A DNA stretch of 64,000 nt from the IMG/VR virus record IMGVR_UViG_3300038679_000357, positions 64,001 to 128,000 of that record; one strand, given 5' to 3'. Source of the stretch: a virus (Duplodnaviria > Caudoviricetes). A program made the position numbers and the translations under genes. Positions 29,013 through 40,400 of the stretch are shown piece after piece; the first letter of the stretch is position 1, and every line of letters starts with the position of its first letter. The notes under the pieces were generated by a model. The model made no database searches, was not told the origin of the DNA, and worked only from the letters and a program-made list of their open reading frames with translations.

Positions 29013-30559
29013 TGTTTAATATCCTGCTCATTAATAAAATCACACATAGCTGACTTTAAGTCACCAAGTTTGCCAACCTCATGGATCTTAAAGCATGGTT
29101 CTTGCTCAATAATTTCTCTTACCTTAATCCCTTGCTCGAAAAGATTTTTGACAGTATGGCGAAAATAAACAAAAACTCCATACTTTTTCGACTGATACTT
29201 GCGGATGCACCTACCAATACGTTGAGGGATACGGGTAACACTCGATCCGCCAGACAACATCAATACCGCCTGCAATGGTTTTATGTCCAACCCCTCGTCA
29301 GCCAATGACGTGGCGATAAGCACCTTCAATTCACTTCGGCGCATAGAGCTAATCACTTCTGAGCGTTTCTTCCGTTTCTCCCTTCCACTCAGAAATTCAG
29401 AGCCTGGAATTAACTTTTGCAATGCCTTCCCATGCTTTACTCTATGAACCAAAACTAGGGTTAAAATATCGTTTGTCGACAAAAATTTAACAACATCAAT
29501 TACAGCGTTATTGAAGTCAACGTTGTCAACAACCACTGCCTCGTATCGCTTGGCGTAATTCTCAATATCTCCATCGACCTTCGCCGCCACCCTTGTATAA
29601 AAAATGTGCCCAGGAACAAGGTAGCCTCTTTCAGTTAAATATGTCGCTGAAATCTCCACGATTTTTCTACCAAATAACCCCTGTATGATCAACTCCTTTC
29701 CATCTTCACGCACGGGAGTGGCTGAACCGCCAAATTTATAATAGGCATTGCTCGCTGCAAAAATCACCTCTTTGCAAGTATCGGCAGCAGCGTGGTGGAC
29801 TTCATCAAAATACAAGCCAATACAATCGGCAATATGCTTCTTAATCCGGTCGGCGTTGTTAAGGATAAATGCCTCATCCTCATCCCACACACAATCTGAA
29901 TCAATTTTATGCTTCTTGATGTCAAATTTGACGTCATTAGCATGGAGGCACATGATAGCGGTCTGCACCATACAAACCGTTACATCCTTCAAAATACATT
30001 TTCCATCTCCAATAATCCCGACTTCTACCCCCAAAAAACTTTCCAAGGTGTCGACAGCCTGCTCCATTAAGTCAATCGACATTACAAAATATATAAACGG
30101 TTTAACCTTCAATGCAGCAATCAACTCGGTAACAATCAATGTTTTTCCACCACCCGTAGCAATCTGCATGATCCCTCTGGTATATTGAACGCACCTGGAA
30201 ACTGTCGATTTTGCATATGGTCGTTCTTCATACGGGAAACTTGAAGGGGGAGTAAACGAAACTGAAAAATTTTGAAGAGGTGCAATTCTTTTGTCTTTTA
30301 TATTGATGACATAGCCATACGCGATCAAAGAATCTCTGACGATCGATAGCAGTCCGGTCATAAATGAATTGCCGTCTTCAAGAAGCTTTATCATGCCGTC
30401 CCACTTACCATCAGCATACGCCTGCGTAAATTCACACCCCTGGATTCGATAAGACATAGCCTGCTTGAGATTACGGACGACATCGTCCGGCAATTCAGTA
30501 ACTATGTGAGAATATTGATTAGCGACAATAATCGTCGCGTTTTTTGATTCCTGGGTCAA
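29006..30559 (-). CDS. uvsW: UvsW-like SF2 DNA helicase
   Basis: N-terminal KWDGMIKLL..FMTGLL (T4 UvsW-like), ATGGGKT, DEVHH, SAT, LIATSLADEGLDI, QRIGRCIR. Confidence 0.78.
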   Translation of the reverse strand: MTQESKNATIIVANQYSHIVTELPDDVVRNLKQAMSYRIQGCEFTQAYADGKWDGMIKLLEDGNSFMTGLLSIVRDSLIAYGYVINIKDKRIAPLQNFSVSFTPPSSFPYEERPYAKSTVSRCVQYTRGIMQIATGGGKTLIVTELIAALKVKPFIYFVMSIDLMEQAVDTLESFLGVEVGIIGDGKCILKDVTVCMVQTAIMCLHANDVKFDIKKHKIDSDCVWDEDEAFILNNADRIKKHIADCIGLYFDEVHHAAADTCKEVIFAASNAYYKFGGSATPVREDGKELIIQGLFGRKIVEISATYLTERGYLVPGHIFYTRVAAKVDGDIENYAKRYEAVVVDNVDFNNAVIDVVKFLSTNDILTLVLVHRVKHGKALQKLIPGSEFLSGREKRKKRSEVISSMRRSELKVLIATSLADEGLDIKPLQAVLMLSGGSSVTRIPQRIGRCIRKYQSKKYGVFVYFRHTVKNLFEQGIKVREIIEQEPCFKIHEVGKLGDLKSAMCDFINEQDIKQW

Positions 30560-30851
30560 CTTTCAAGACTCCTTTATTGATAATCGACTCCCTCGTTACA
30601 GGTTTTTTGTCCGGCGGGATGGCGATATCAGGCATGCTCAATACGGATGATTCAAAGTGCAATTCGCACATGGAATCGCACTTGGGACAGACGTAATCTA
30701 TGTAGAAGTCACCAAAAAATATAGGAGAAAGGCAAACCCCGAAGGAAAAAATGGATGTTTCTGGCAGTTCCGCTTGACAATACGGGCACACTCCTCTCAT
30801 CCATGAAGGAATGCCAAATTCTTTTATGGCGATGTTTCTCTCTTTTTTCAC
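30519..30851 (-). CDS. Small Zn-finger protein
   Basis: CPYC...CPKC. Confidence 0.65.
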   Translation of the reverse strand: MKKERNIAIKEFGIPSWMRGVCPYCQAELPETSIFSFGVCLSPIFFGDFYIDYVCPKCDSMCELHFESSVLSMPDIAIPPDKKPVTRESIINKGVLKVDPGIKKRDDYCR

Positions 30852-30905
30852 GCTCTCTTCTCCGAAGCTCTGTAGCCAAGAACTATACCAATGAGAAGAG
30901 GATTT

Positions 30906-33308
30906 TCAAGCGCGGGAGTTCTTCAACACCATGTCGAAAACACGATTGATGATTTTATAATAACCTTCCTGCTGGGCTGCCCGCATCTCATCCCCCATAT
31001 CATATGGGGCAATCATGTACGCACCATCCGATACAAGATACTCTTTTTCTACCGGCAGTCCAGCTAATGTCGCTGAGTTTGATCGCACAGACTCTATAAT
31101 AACTTGATAGCCGGAATTTTCTTCCGCATCCCTATTTTCCATAACTTTCGCATGCATTCCAACTAAATTAGCTGGAATCAAGCTGTTAAACGTCAAATTA
31201 GACACCCCCTTCTCACGGTCCTTGGATAGAAAATATTTTTTACTTGGGGGAATAAACTGCTCCATCAACTTTTTCATCAAGAAAAAGCGATTCTTTCGAA
31301 CGTATTCAGCGTCCATCTTAGAGAGATGAGTGTAAGACTCCATAGCGTGCGCTGTGGCTTCCGTTGGTGAACTAAGATAATTCTTTGTGTTTTCCAAGAG
31401 CCCGGCAAGTGTCGAGCGATCCACTTGAACTGGTGGTTTCATAGAATCTGGATCTGCTTTACCAGAAATAACCAAAAGATCATCAATATAATGCGATACT
31501 TCATGAATAATTACGTCGCTGACCTTATCCATATTCATACCATGAGACGCCATGTTTATCAAAATCAATGGGGGTTCAATGCCGCCAAAGTTTTTCAATA
31601 ACTCCGCCCTCGATTTATCCGTCAACTGTCTTGGGCTAATATATCCGCCAAGCGTCCCCTTGTCGTTAGGCATAAGCGTCAGAATGATGCTAATGTCTTT
31701 GAAATCCACCCCCCGATCTTCAAACATTTTTTTACATTCTACATAAACTGGAGGGATCGTTTTTATGGAAATTACTTTTCCTGGGTATGCAGACAGATCG
31801 CGAACCTCTTTCCCATGCAGCTTTCGAATTATAAGAATTTCCTTATCATGAATTTCTTTATCGACATTTGTTTTTTTATTATCATTCAATTTTTCATCGA
31901 ACTCAAAGGGAATAAACCCAGTTATGTTATTTGTTGACGGATCAAACTCCTTAACGTCAACCAGTCCATCATAGCCAAAAACGTTAAATGCCTTTTCCGG
32001 CAACCCAAAAAACGACCGAAGAATATGTATTCCTGGAAACGGCTCAGAAACAAAGGTGAATATTTCAACAGCCAATAGTTTGTTTACGACAAGCCCAGAC
32101 TTAGGGGCTTTTACTGCGTAGTAATAAATATGTTTACCATCACCCTTCATGTCAAAGACGTCCCTGACATTCAAAAACGTAGTAAGAAACTTCAATACAT
32201 CATCACCAACCAGCCCCATCGCAGCAACGGCTTTCTTCGCTCGATCAGAAATCGGCATCCACGACTCCCCGTCACCCATCTGATCGTCCATCGTATCATA
32301 CATAATCTCGCCAAAAGTTTTTGTACCAGTGCCAAGCGCTATCTTACACTTATCTTTGAATACTTCCACGCCAATTGTTTTGACAGCCAAATCTTGATCA
32401 ACACCAGACTTAACAAGATCGTAGTATTTTTTTGCACGCCCCTCCATGTCAACAACCAGCGACACCAACACGTGGTACATTATTGAAGTAATACTTTTGC
32501 CAGATGAATTAACAATCATGTACGGAGGAGAAAGTTTAACTCCATGTCGTGAAACATCCTTGCTTGATCCACTCCATTCCCCAATCGTTAATGGCTTATC
32601 CCTAACTATAATAGCCCCTTCATTAACACTCCCTACCTGCGAAGAAACCAACTCTGCCATTCGCTCATTGTCAAAATCAGCCATAAGAACTGGGCGATCT
32701 GCTAAATCTCCCGCATATACGTCAACACCAACTCTGCGAGCCATCGCATACATTCCAGGGAAATCATGTTCACATAAGCTATGAATTTCATAATCCATAA
32801 ATGGGACTGGAGCGTTGGAGTAGGTGGGAGTAGAGTTTAGCTTAAAATTATCAACAATCCATCTAGTCACATCTTTCATTAAGATGTCACTTACGTTTTT
32901 CCCTAATAAATACCCAGATCCTATCCGATAAACAACATTATTTGATCGGTCATAAAGAACTTGAATGGCACCTCGCACTCCACCACGGGCACCGGATTCA
33001 ACCCACATTCCGTTTTCATCCTGTGCATGCGTCTTTTCAACCTCAACAACCTTTTTTCTTGCAAGAGTCTTCACAGAAGGCTCGCGTCGACTTGAAGGAG
33101 GAACGGTTTCAAGTAACTTTTCAATTTCAGCATTAATAAACTTACGAACCACGACAGAAAGAGATAAGTTAGCTACGCGGTCAAGAACTTCTGTATGAGG
33201 AACATCACTGCCTGGATTGGCGTAAGATATTGCATATATATTATGACACGACTGTTTCTCTTTCGGAGAAAACTCGTCATACGTGGCGTTAGTTCTAATG
33301 GAGCCCAT
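30906..33308 (-). CDS. Large protein with C-terminal zincin-like HExxH motif
   Basis: DVIIHEVSHYIDD...YLSSPTEATAH; 800 aa. Confidence 0.6.
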   Translation of the reverse strand: MGSIRTNATYDEFSPKEKQSCHNIYAISYANPGSDVPHTEVLDRVANLSLSVVVRKFINAEIEKLLETVPPSSRREPSVKTLARKKVVEVEKTHAQDENGMWVESGARGGVRGAIQVLYDRSNNVVYRIGSGYLLGKNVSDILMKDVTRWIVDNFKLNSTPTYSNAPVPFMDYEIHSLCEHDFPGMYAMARRVGVDVYAGDLADRPVLMADFDNERMAELVSSQVGSVNEGAIIVRDKPLTIGEWSGSSKDVSRHGVKLSPPYMIVNSSGKSITSIMYHVLVSLVVDMEGRAKKYYDLVKSGVDQDLAVKTIGVEVFKDKCKIALGTGTKTFGEIMYDTMDDQMGDGESWMPISDRAKKAVAAMGLVGDDVLKFLTTFLNVRDVFDMKGDGKHIYYYAVKAPKSGLVVNKLLAVEIFTFVSEPFPGIHILRSFFGLPEKAFNVFGYDGLVDVKEFDPSTNNITGFIPFEFDEKLNDNKKTNVDKEIHDKEILIIRKLHGKEVRDLSAYPGKVISIKTIPPVYVECKKMFEDRGVDFKDISIILTLMPNDKGTLGGYISPRQLTDKSRAELLKNFGGIEPPLILINMASHGMNMDKVSDVIIHEVSHYIDDLLVISGKADPDSMKPPVQVDRSTLAGLLENTKNYLSSPTEATAHAMESYTHLSKMDAEYVRKNRFFLMKKLMEQFIPPSKKYFLSKDREKGVSNLTFNSLIPANLVGMHAKVMENRDAEENSGYQVIIESVRSNSATLAGLPVEKEYLVSDGAYMIAPYDMGDEMRAAQQEGYYKIINRVFDMVLKNSRA

Positions 33309-33345
33309 GATAAATCATTCCAATATATGTCGTTTGATGATATTT

Positions 33346-33370
33346 ATTCAAAACGACCAGGCTCAATCCT
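33346..33370 (-). promoter_or_regulatory. Putative SigH-type promoter (AGGA-N17-GAAT)
   Basis: Minus strand AGGAttgagcctggtcgttttGAATaa; GAAT ends 37 nt before the A of the ATG at 33308. Confidence 0.6.
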
Positions 33371-35261
33371 TCTCTCGATATACCACATCAATGTCGAAAT
33401 CTGGTGGATTCCATCGGCTACATCCGCCATCGCCACACAGCTCCCTATCCAAGAATAAAAGACTGGCATTCTCAAATCCAACTGTAGTCATGAATACTTC
33501 ACCGCCATAATGAGTAACCAGACCAAATCCATGCATCCAGTTACTCATTTCGACTTCATTATACCCTTGATCAAGATCGCCGAGCATTCCAATAAAATAT
33601 ACGCCCCTGCGAATTGATGGATTATGACAGTGCCCGACCATCGTATCACGTTCCATAGTCGAACTGATCTTATTGTGTCGATCGCTGCCAACAGCACCGT
33701 ATATTTTAGCGTCACCATGGATGTATTTCGCTCTACCGACCTCAAGGACCCCCTTTAGCCCAACCACTTCATAACCAGCCTTTGACGCTCCAAGCATTGA
33801 GTCGATGTCCAAGAGCTTCTTCAACGATGGAAATTTACCATGAAAATCCTGTAAGAAGCGACTATGATTTCCGATAAGATAATACCTTTTTTTAGACCAT
33901 TTGGCCATCTCTTGAAGAATACTGCTTGCCTTGCCGAATTCATTGACGATATCTTCATCAATGATTGGCTCATTACGATCCATTTTATGATGATTGAGAG
34001 AGGCGCAATTAACGTGATCTCCAAGATTTACAAGATAATCCGGCGACAGTAACGTGGAAACTCGGTCAACAACATCCAAGGCGGCAGGATCATGTGAAGA
34101 AACATGCGCATCTCCGACAACAAGACCAGCGGTTTCACAGTTGTCGATATCAGTTTCAGTAAACACAAACCTACCATATGCCGAACAGAATCCACGTGAA
34201 GTTTTTTTAATCCTCAAGGGATAAATAGATGACTTTAAGTCTTTCGAAACATGCACGACAATCATACCATGTTCCCATAATTCAGCCACTTCCCCCTGAC
34301 GACGTCCACAACGATTATGGTCGAGAGCCCTTGTCTCCACGTCTTCCATTGATGGATTTGACGGGATCGTCTTCAATGGACGACGACGCATGTGATTTTC
34401 GCATAGGCATCCGGGAGAGACTATTCGACAGATATGATCGTTTTTAGTAAGCGTATGCATTTCATGAGAGTGACGACCTACAATAACTGCTGCACAATCC
34501 TGTTCAAGAGACAGTATATTCTTCGTACTGCCGACCGTATAATCATCACGAACAGCTTGATTCCTCACTACCACATCTCCGAGAATCACATCTTTGCGAA
34601 CGATTTTCACCGTTCGCCTTATCGCGTTTTCGGCAGATAATTCACGAATCTCTTCTGGAAGAGCAAGGACTACAACTCCATCCTTCCTAGCAATCGAAGA
34701 GATGTTGCCAAAATTATCCATTGCGTGTCCGATATGAATAATCTTCGCTCCAAGATATTCTGCCGCCACGCCGACAACATTCGATACCTTTTCATTCTCA
34801 TATGCCCCATGACTATCGCCAACAATAATATACGTGCCCTCGCCGTACACTTCGTCTTTAATAAAATGAACTCCCTTCACGCCTGTAATTATCTCAGCAG
34901 CCCGGTTCCTTATCGTTAAAAAATCATCCTGCGAAAGATCGCCTTTATATTTCTCCATGAATTTATGATAGCTCATCTTAGAGACGATTCTGACCTCAGA
35001 CTGACACATAATAGCTAAAGAAATGGCGGCGGTTTCAATTACGTCATCATCTGCAATAGATTTACTGTCGCCGCAATCGGTATTAGAGTCATTGCTTGAT
35101 TGACGAGCAGATTTATCGAGACTGGAAACTTTCTTGACAGAAGAAATCTTACAGTCAATGCAAACGTCATCGACAGAAAATTGCTCTGTGTCATTATCAA
35201 AATCTACGATAGGAAACTGCATGTGGTTTTTCTCTAAACCGCAACTCACGCACTTTTTCAC
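33363..35261 (-). CDS. Tandem calcineurin-like metallophosphoesterase with N-terminal Cys motif
   Basis: Domain 1 IIVGDSHG..HIGH..GRHSH..WEHGMIVV; domain 2 VGDAH..NLGDH..IGNH..IHGD..GHCH..WMHGFGLV; N-terminal CVSC...CIDC. Confidence 0.8.
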   Translation of the reverse strand: MKKCVSCGLEKNHMQFPIVDFDNDTEQFSVDDVCIDCKISSVKKVSSLDKSARQSSNDSNTDCGDSKSIADDDVIETAAISLAIMCQSEVRIVSKMSYHKFMEKYKGDLSQDDFLTIRNRAAEIITGVKGVHFIKDEVYGEGTYIIVGDSHGAYENEKVSNVVGVAAEYLGAKIIHIGHAMDNFGNISSIARKDGVVVLALPEEIRELSAENAIRRTVKIVRKDVILGDVVVRNQAVRDDYTVGSTKNILSLEQDCAAVIVGRHSHEMHTLTKNDHICRIVSPGCLCENHMRRRPLKTIPSNPSMEDVETRALDHNRCGRRQGEVAELWEHGMIVVHVSKDLKSSIYPLRIKKTSRGFCSAYGRFVFTETDIDNCETAGLVVGDAHVSSHDPAALDVVDRVSTLLSPDYLVNLGDHVNCASLNHHKMDRNEPIIDEDIVNEFGKASSILQEMAKWSKKRYYLIGNHSRFLQDFHGKFPSLKKLLDIDSMLGASKAGYEVVGLKGVLEVGRAKYIHGDAKIYGAVGSDRHNKISSTMERDTMVGHCHNPSIRRGVYFIGMLGDLDQGYNEVEMSNWMHGFGLVTHYGGEVFMTTVGFENASLLFLDRELCGDGGCSRWNPPDFDIDVVYREKD

Positions 35262-35879
35262 TTAGTCCTCCATTGACTTTGACAACTTGTCGTAATACGC
35301 CTGCTTGTCTTTTTCATACCGTTCCTGATCTCCGCGAAACATATGGTGGTGAATGCATACCGGAATCCTGCCAATTCCGCCAACACCAGACAATTCGATG
35401 GATTGTACAACGCCTTCGTGTACTCGACCAGAAAAGAAGATTTGCTCCATCCGCTTAAACATTCTCGTCTGCATATCTGGATAGAACGGAGAAGTAAAAT
35501 ATGGGGAGTCATGATCATGGGATGGATAATGGTTCTTCCGGATCATCTGATAAGCCACTACGCCAGACTCATCAGCCATATCCATAGCCCTTCTTATAGC
35601 ATCTGTCTTTTCGCCCTCTAAGTGTTCGTCGGCGTCAAGCATCAAGATCCAAGACCTATTGCATTTGGCGATTAGGAAATTTCTAGCTGCTGAAAAATCA
35701 TCAATCCACTTGAAGTCGTATATCTCGGCACCCATTCTCTCGCAAATTTGCTTCGTGGAATCTGTAGATCCAGTATCCACTACGATCAGTTCATCGACCA
35801 CCCTACATACGGAAAGTATGCTGCGTTCGATATATTTTTCTTCATTCTTGAGTATATAAGCCAATGATATTCCACTCAT
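35262..35879 (-). CDS. Glycosyltransferase family 2 (GT-A)
   Basis: ISLAYILKNEEKYI, VVDTGSTDST, WIDDFSAARN, LMLDADE, FSGRVHE. Confidence 0.92.
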   Translation of the reverse strand: MSGISLAYILKNEEKYIERSILSVCRVVDELIVVDTGSTDSTKQICERMGAEIYDFKWIDDFSAARNFLIAKCNRSWILMLDADEHLEGEKTDAIRRAMDMADESGVVAYQMIRKNHYPSHDHDSPYFTSPFYPDMQTRMFKRMEQIFFSGRVHEGVVQSIELSGVGGIGRIPVCIHHHMFRGDQERYEKDKQAYYDKLSKSMED

Positions 35880-37396
35880 TGCAGAAGTCCTACAACTCTA
35901 TTGACAGCGCTTTTCCAAGTATATCTATCAAGAACCTCTTTACGAAGACGATTAGCCCGTTCCGCGACAACTTCATTTCCAGATACGACCATCTTCATGT
36001 GCGCAGATGCCTGCTCTACCTGCTCCATTCCAACTCGCCATAACTTCTGACCTTGATAAAAATACGAAATTGCAGACAATTCCTGTGGGCAATCCTCAGT
36101 TCCAGTACACTCTACCACAAACGAATTATCACGCCTAAGATACTCCGACATACCTGAATGAAGGCATGATATTACAGGCAATCCACGGGCAGCAGCCTCA
36201 ATCTGCGTTAAACTAAACCCCTCTCCTCTCGAAAGGTGAACGTAACAATCACAGGAGTCATATAACGATGGCATATCATCGATAGGAATGACGTTGTTAC
36301 ACAGCAATACTTGCGGAAGATCAGTTTTTCTATCCAAGTAGCGATCGAGAGTACCCTTAACAGTGTCAATGGAATACTGCGTCGAAATCACGAGACATAC
36401 ATCGTCTTCTTCATGAAATGACCTTACGAACGATTTAATGATAGCGTCGTATCCTTTTCTTAAATTCCACTGAATCACCGTCAAAAACTTAAATTTACCA
36501 ATACCATCAGTTGGTGGGCGACCATAAACACTTTTACATGTCGATAGATCATAGGATCTTTTTGATGACGAATATAATTTTTCATCAATCCCCAAGGGGA
36601 CTACTTTAATTGGTTTTCTAACACCTCCATTCCGAAATAATTCAGCGTTAGCTACAGACGGAACCCATACCTCATCACTATATGTATTGCAATAACGAGA
36701 AAAATCACCATGCAGCGTCGATGTCTCCATCATTGTAAAAAATATTGATTTTCCGCCATGGCGTCCATGCGGCATTGGAGTAAATGCATAAACTTTCGGA
36801 TATCGACTATCATGTGGGCGTAATATAGATAGCGAGCGAAGAAGTTTTTCCGTTTTCTTATCAACCTGCGCTACAGTAGGGTAAATATCTGGTATTGGAA
36901 CAAAACCACGACAAAAAAGACGTGACACAATCTCGCGGTTCATATTGGCGTATCCACCTGCATCAAGAAAAGAGCCCCACCATCCAACTGGTTTAGCAGA
37001 AGAAAAAAAGCGTCCATCGCGCATTTCTTCTAAGGTAGAAGCGTCAATCTGCCTGATGCTAGGAACCATCTCCTCAAACAAACGATGAAAATTACCATCA
37101 ACTCGAAACTTTGCTTGCCCCATTCTTTTTTGCCGAATAATATTACGAGATTTATCAACTTCACTTTTCGGCAATAAAAACAGGCGACCATCAGTAGATT
37201 CAGTTCCTATTGGAATATCATCCTCAAATATAATTTTATAGCCTGGATGAGCTTCAGGAAAATCAGCAGTAATGGAAGAAATTGATACCCCAGGATACAT
37301 CAGAGAAACGTCAGTAGTCGAAAAAACAGTCCCTCTTGCATTATCGTTGGAAACAGCTAATATCCGCAAGGAATCAATTTCATATACGACGAACAT
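35876..37396 (-). CDS. Glycosyltransferase family 4 (GT-B) with N-terminal extension
   Basis: GGYANMNR, TMMETS, DEVWVPS, VVPLGID, NLRKGYD, HLSRGEGFSLTQIEAAARGLPVI. Confidence 0.9.
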   Translation of the reverse strand: MFVVYEIDSLRILAVSNDNARGTVFSTTDVSLMYPGVSISSITADFPEAHPGYKIIFEDDIPIGTESTDGRLFLLPKSEVDKSRNIIRQKRMGQAKFRVDGNFHRLFEEMVPSIRQIDASTLEEMRDGRFFSSAKPVGWWGSFLDAGGYANMNREIVSRLFCRGFVPIPDIYPTVAQVDKKTEKLLRSLSILRPHDSRYPKVYAFTPMPHGRHGGKSIFFTMMETSTLHGDFSRYCNTYSDEVWVPSVANAELFRNGGVRKPIKVVPLGIDEKLYSSSKRSYDLSTCKSVYGRPPTDGIGKFKFLTVIQWNLRKGYDAIIKSFVRSFHEEDDVCLVISTQYSIDTVKGTLDRYLDRKTDLPQVLLCNNVIPIDDMPSLYDSCDCYVHLSRGEGFSLTQIEAAARGLPVISCLHSGMSEYLRRDNSFVVECTGTEDCPQELSAISYFYQGQKLWRVGMEQVEQASAHMKMVVSGNEVVAERANRLRKEVLDRYTWKSAVNRVVGLLQ

Positions 37397-37404
37397 CTAT
37401 CCAC

Positions 37405-40400
37405 CTATTTGTATGTGGATACGGAAGCCTTTCGGATAATGGAGACGGTTCCTCCGTCCACGGAAACGTTATCCTCGCTTCCCGCTCTCTCTTCTATAAT
37501 ATACACCGCGTTCAAGTCTCCCTTCATCGAATATTCTGCAACGGCATCTCCATACACAGTCGTAAATACAATGTAATCACCAACATGAAACCTCCCAGAC
37601 ATCTTTGTAGACAAAGAAATTGAGGATATTTCACGGAAGGATCTATTACGTATTGTAATCATATTTCCGTTAGTTGTATACCATAAGTCTACCTTAGCTC
37701 TAATTACCCCAGAATGTTCGAATGCGCTTCCGGCATCAAAGGAATACATGGAAGAATAAGTTGAATCAAGCCTGTGAATTATGTATGAAGATCCATCCAG
37801 CACACAAACATACAATGAATCATCCATGTGATGGAATGATGTTGGCGTTCCAGACACCCCTAAAACAACATTTCTTTCGATCAAAGTAAGATTTTCCCGC
37901 AATGTTGAGATAAAGATCCCAGAAGAAGAGTAGCCTAGAACATAAATAACGGTATTATGGACGGTTTGATCGACGAGAACGTCTTCCGCTGTGCCAATCA
38001 AATTATTATAAACCACAGATTGCTTTGCAAGAGTTTTTGATGGCTCCATGCCCAATTCTGAAAAATCAGTTTCCAAAGCCGAATAAACTGGTCTTCTGTC
38101 ATTATCATACATGTATGATCGGTCTACGGGACGATACATTGTTCCAATATAATCCAGAGACGCCGATGAGGGACCTTTGTTCACGATATCTACTGCGATA
38201 CGGAATAACGGTCGCATAGATAGCGTAACGGTAAATACGTCGGACAAAGGTTGCGCCTGTCCAAATACGAACGTTCCAGAATTACTGTCATAAGTGTATT
38301 CTCGATCTGAAACAATACTGCCGTATTTATCAGATTCCGTCACCCGGTACATTTCTACAACGTAATCCTGAGACCAACCGCCATACGCGGTGATATAGGT
38401 CGCTGCATCTTTCCTTACGAGCAATTCATTAACTCTACTTAGAACGATGCCACCATAGCCATCCTTCATTGCTGGTTGCTGATCTGACCAATACCATTCC
38501 CGTCCAACGTCGTCTGAATGTTTCACTCCATATGATACAGATGATGTAACTGGAACATTTCCATGGTGAGAAAAGATAATCTCGCCAACGTATCCATCCT
38601 TCCCATCATTTACTGGTATAGGCTGGAACATCAAAGTATAACGACGTGGTTCGTAATATTCGTACGCGGCAGAAACAAATGATGGCGACTCGAACGTATC
38701 TGGATCTCCACGGAAAGAAACGCGATACTCCATATACCTATTCACCATTCCGTATGATGACAAATCAAAATCTGTTCCAACTCCAATATCAATCCATTCT
38801 CCGAAATTCACCCCATCAGAACTAAAGCGGATTGAAAAGGTCAACCCCGAAACCCCAGGTGTCGTAACCATAAACGAAAGACGATCAAACAACTTTTCCT
38901 CACCAAGATCAATGATATTTGAATACCACCCAGTGACTAAATCAAAAGAGGGAGAATTAACAATAGAATCAACAACATATCCTGGAATAGAAACTGCATC
39001 CTCCACGTCTGAGACTTCCACTGGAAATCCGCCAAGAGAAGATGTAAATTTACGTACAACAAGATCATCATACGGTTCAGTGCGTTCAAGTTTCACAAAA
39101 ACCAATTCAACTGGATCTTCTGCATCTACCGATTTCAACTCAGACACAGCTTGATCATATGATAAATCTGAGTTGGATTCACCTCCGTCAGAAACAACAA
39201 CAACAACTTTCTTTGACGATGATAAATCCTGAGAAAAAGTGACCATTCTGCGAGCTGCTAATGCCAACGCATCATTCAACCTACTTGGTCCGATTTCAGA
39301 GAAGCTTTCAAGAACCTTATTGAAAATCAGCTCGTCAGTCTCTGGTTTAACGATCAATGATGGCGACGAAACAGAAGGGAACCAATGCATATCGCTTGTT
39401 ACAAGTGATTTATCTATGGCTTTCAATTCTTCCGGAAGACCTGGAATGAATGCTTCAGTCTTCAACACGGCTATAGTGCGAGGAGCATTATCATTACCGA
39501 CGACAACAATCCCATTATCATCTTTCTCTGTTTTAGATTCAATATCGTTATACTCATAAAAGCCAAAGTCTGCAAAAATACGAGTTCCATCCTCTACCGG
39601 TATATCGCCACCAGAAGTTCTAATGTAAGCATGAAATAGCATTGTATATCCTGGATCATATCCATGCATTCTGGCAGAAAATCCTGAAACAATCTTCCCG
39701 TCAACATATTGTGAAGTTGTCGGAATAATCTCTAATACATATCCCGAATCTCCTCCGGTGGTAGCAACTCCAGGGTAGCTAAATGCATAGTTATCCAACG
39801 ACCTGGATATACGAGAACCATCAGGTAAAGTTTTTCCATCGTCGTAATTAGCTTGAGCCTTGACTGCAAAAGCAACCGTTTTATTGGAAATTGGACCAAT
39901 ACCGATCACGGCAACCGACTTTACTATATGTGAATGAAGATTTGACACCCCGCCAGAAAGATCATATACCTCTTCAGACATCGGTGAAGTGGCATAAATA
40001 TTAACGGAATGAACGTGGTCCGGTATAGAGACGCCTTTTGAGTAGGTTACTGTACTTGTGGTAACTCCCTTTCCATTATCATCCACCGACATTTCATGAT
40101 AATGATCAAAATCAAATGAAGTTCGAAGATAATGCGTAGCAGCCTCATCAAAATCAAGAGAACATACAGTCCTATCCTCAAATCGTGAAAACTCAACGCC
40201 TTCCTTCGTTATCTTAACTGATCCAACGTCAAAAGAAACCATCGGTAAAGGATTATCGGAACGACCAACAATAAAGGTATCATGCCAAGTGAGTTCAGCT
40301 ACTGCAACATAACGACTTACCCCATCTCGCTTTAATGGATGGCTATAGGTATCATATCCTGAAGACTTGGGAGACTCTCCATTCGGCTGTTTTCGCCAAT

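Noticed and set aside
33329-33357. Inverted repeat GTCGTTT...AAACGAC as a terminator
   Set aside because: Large loop and no U-tract; it overlaps the SigH-type -10, so it is at most an operator-like feature.
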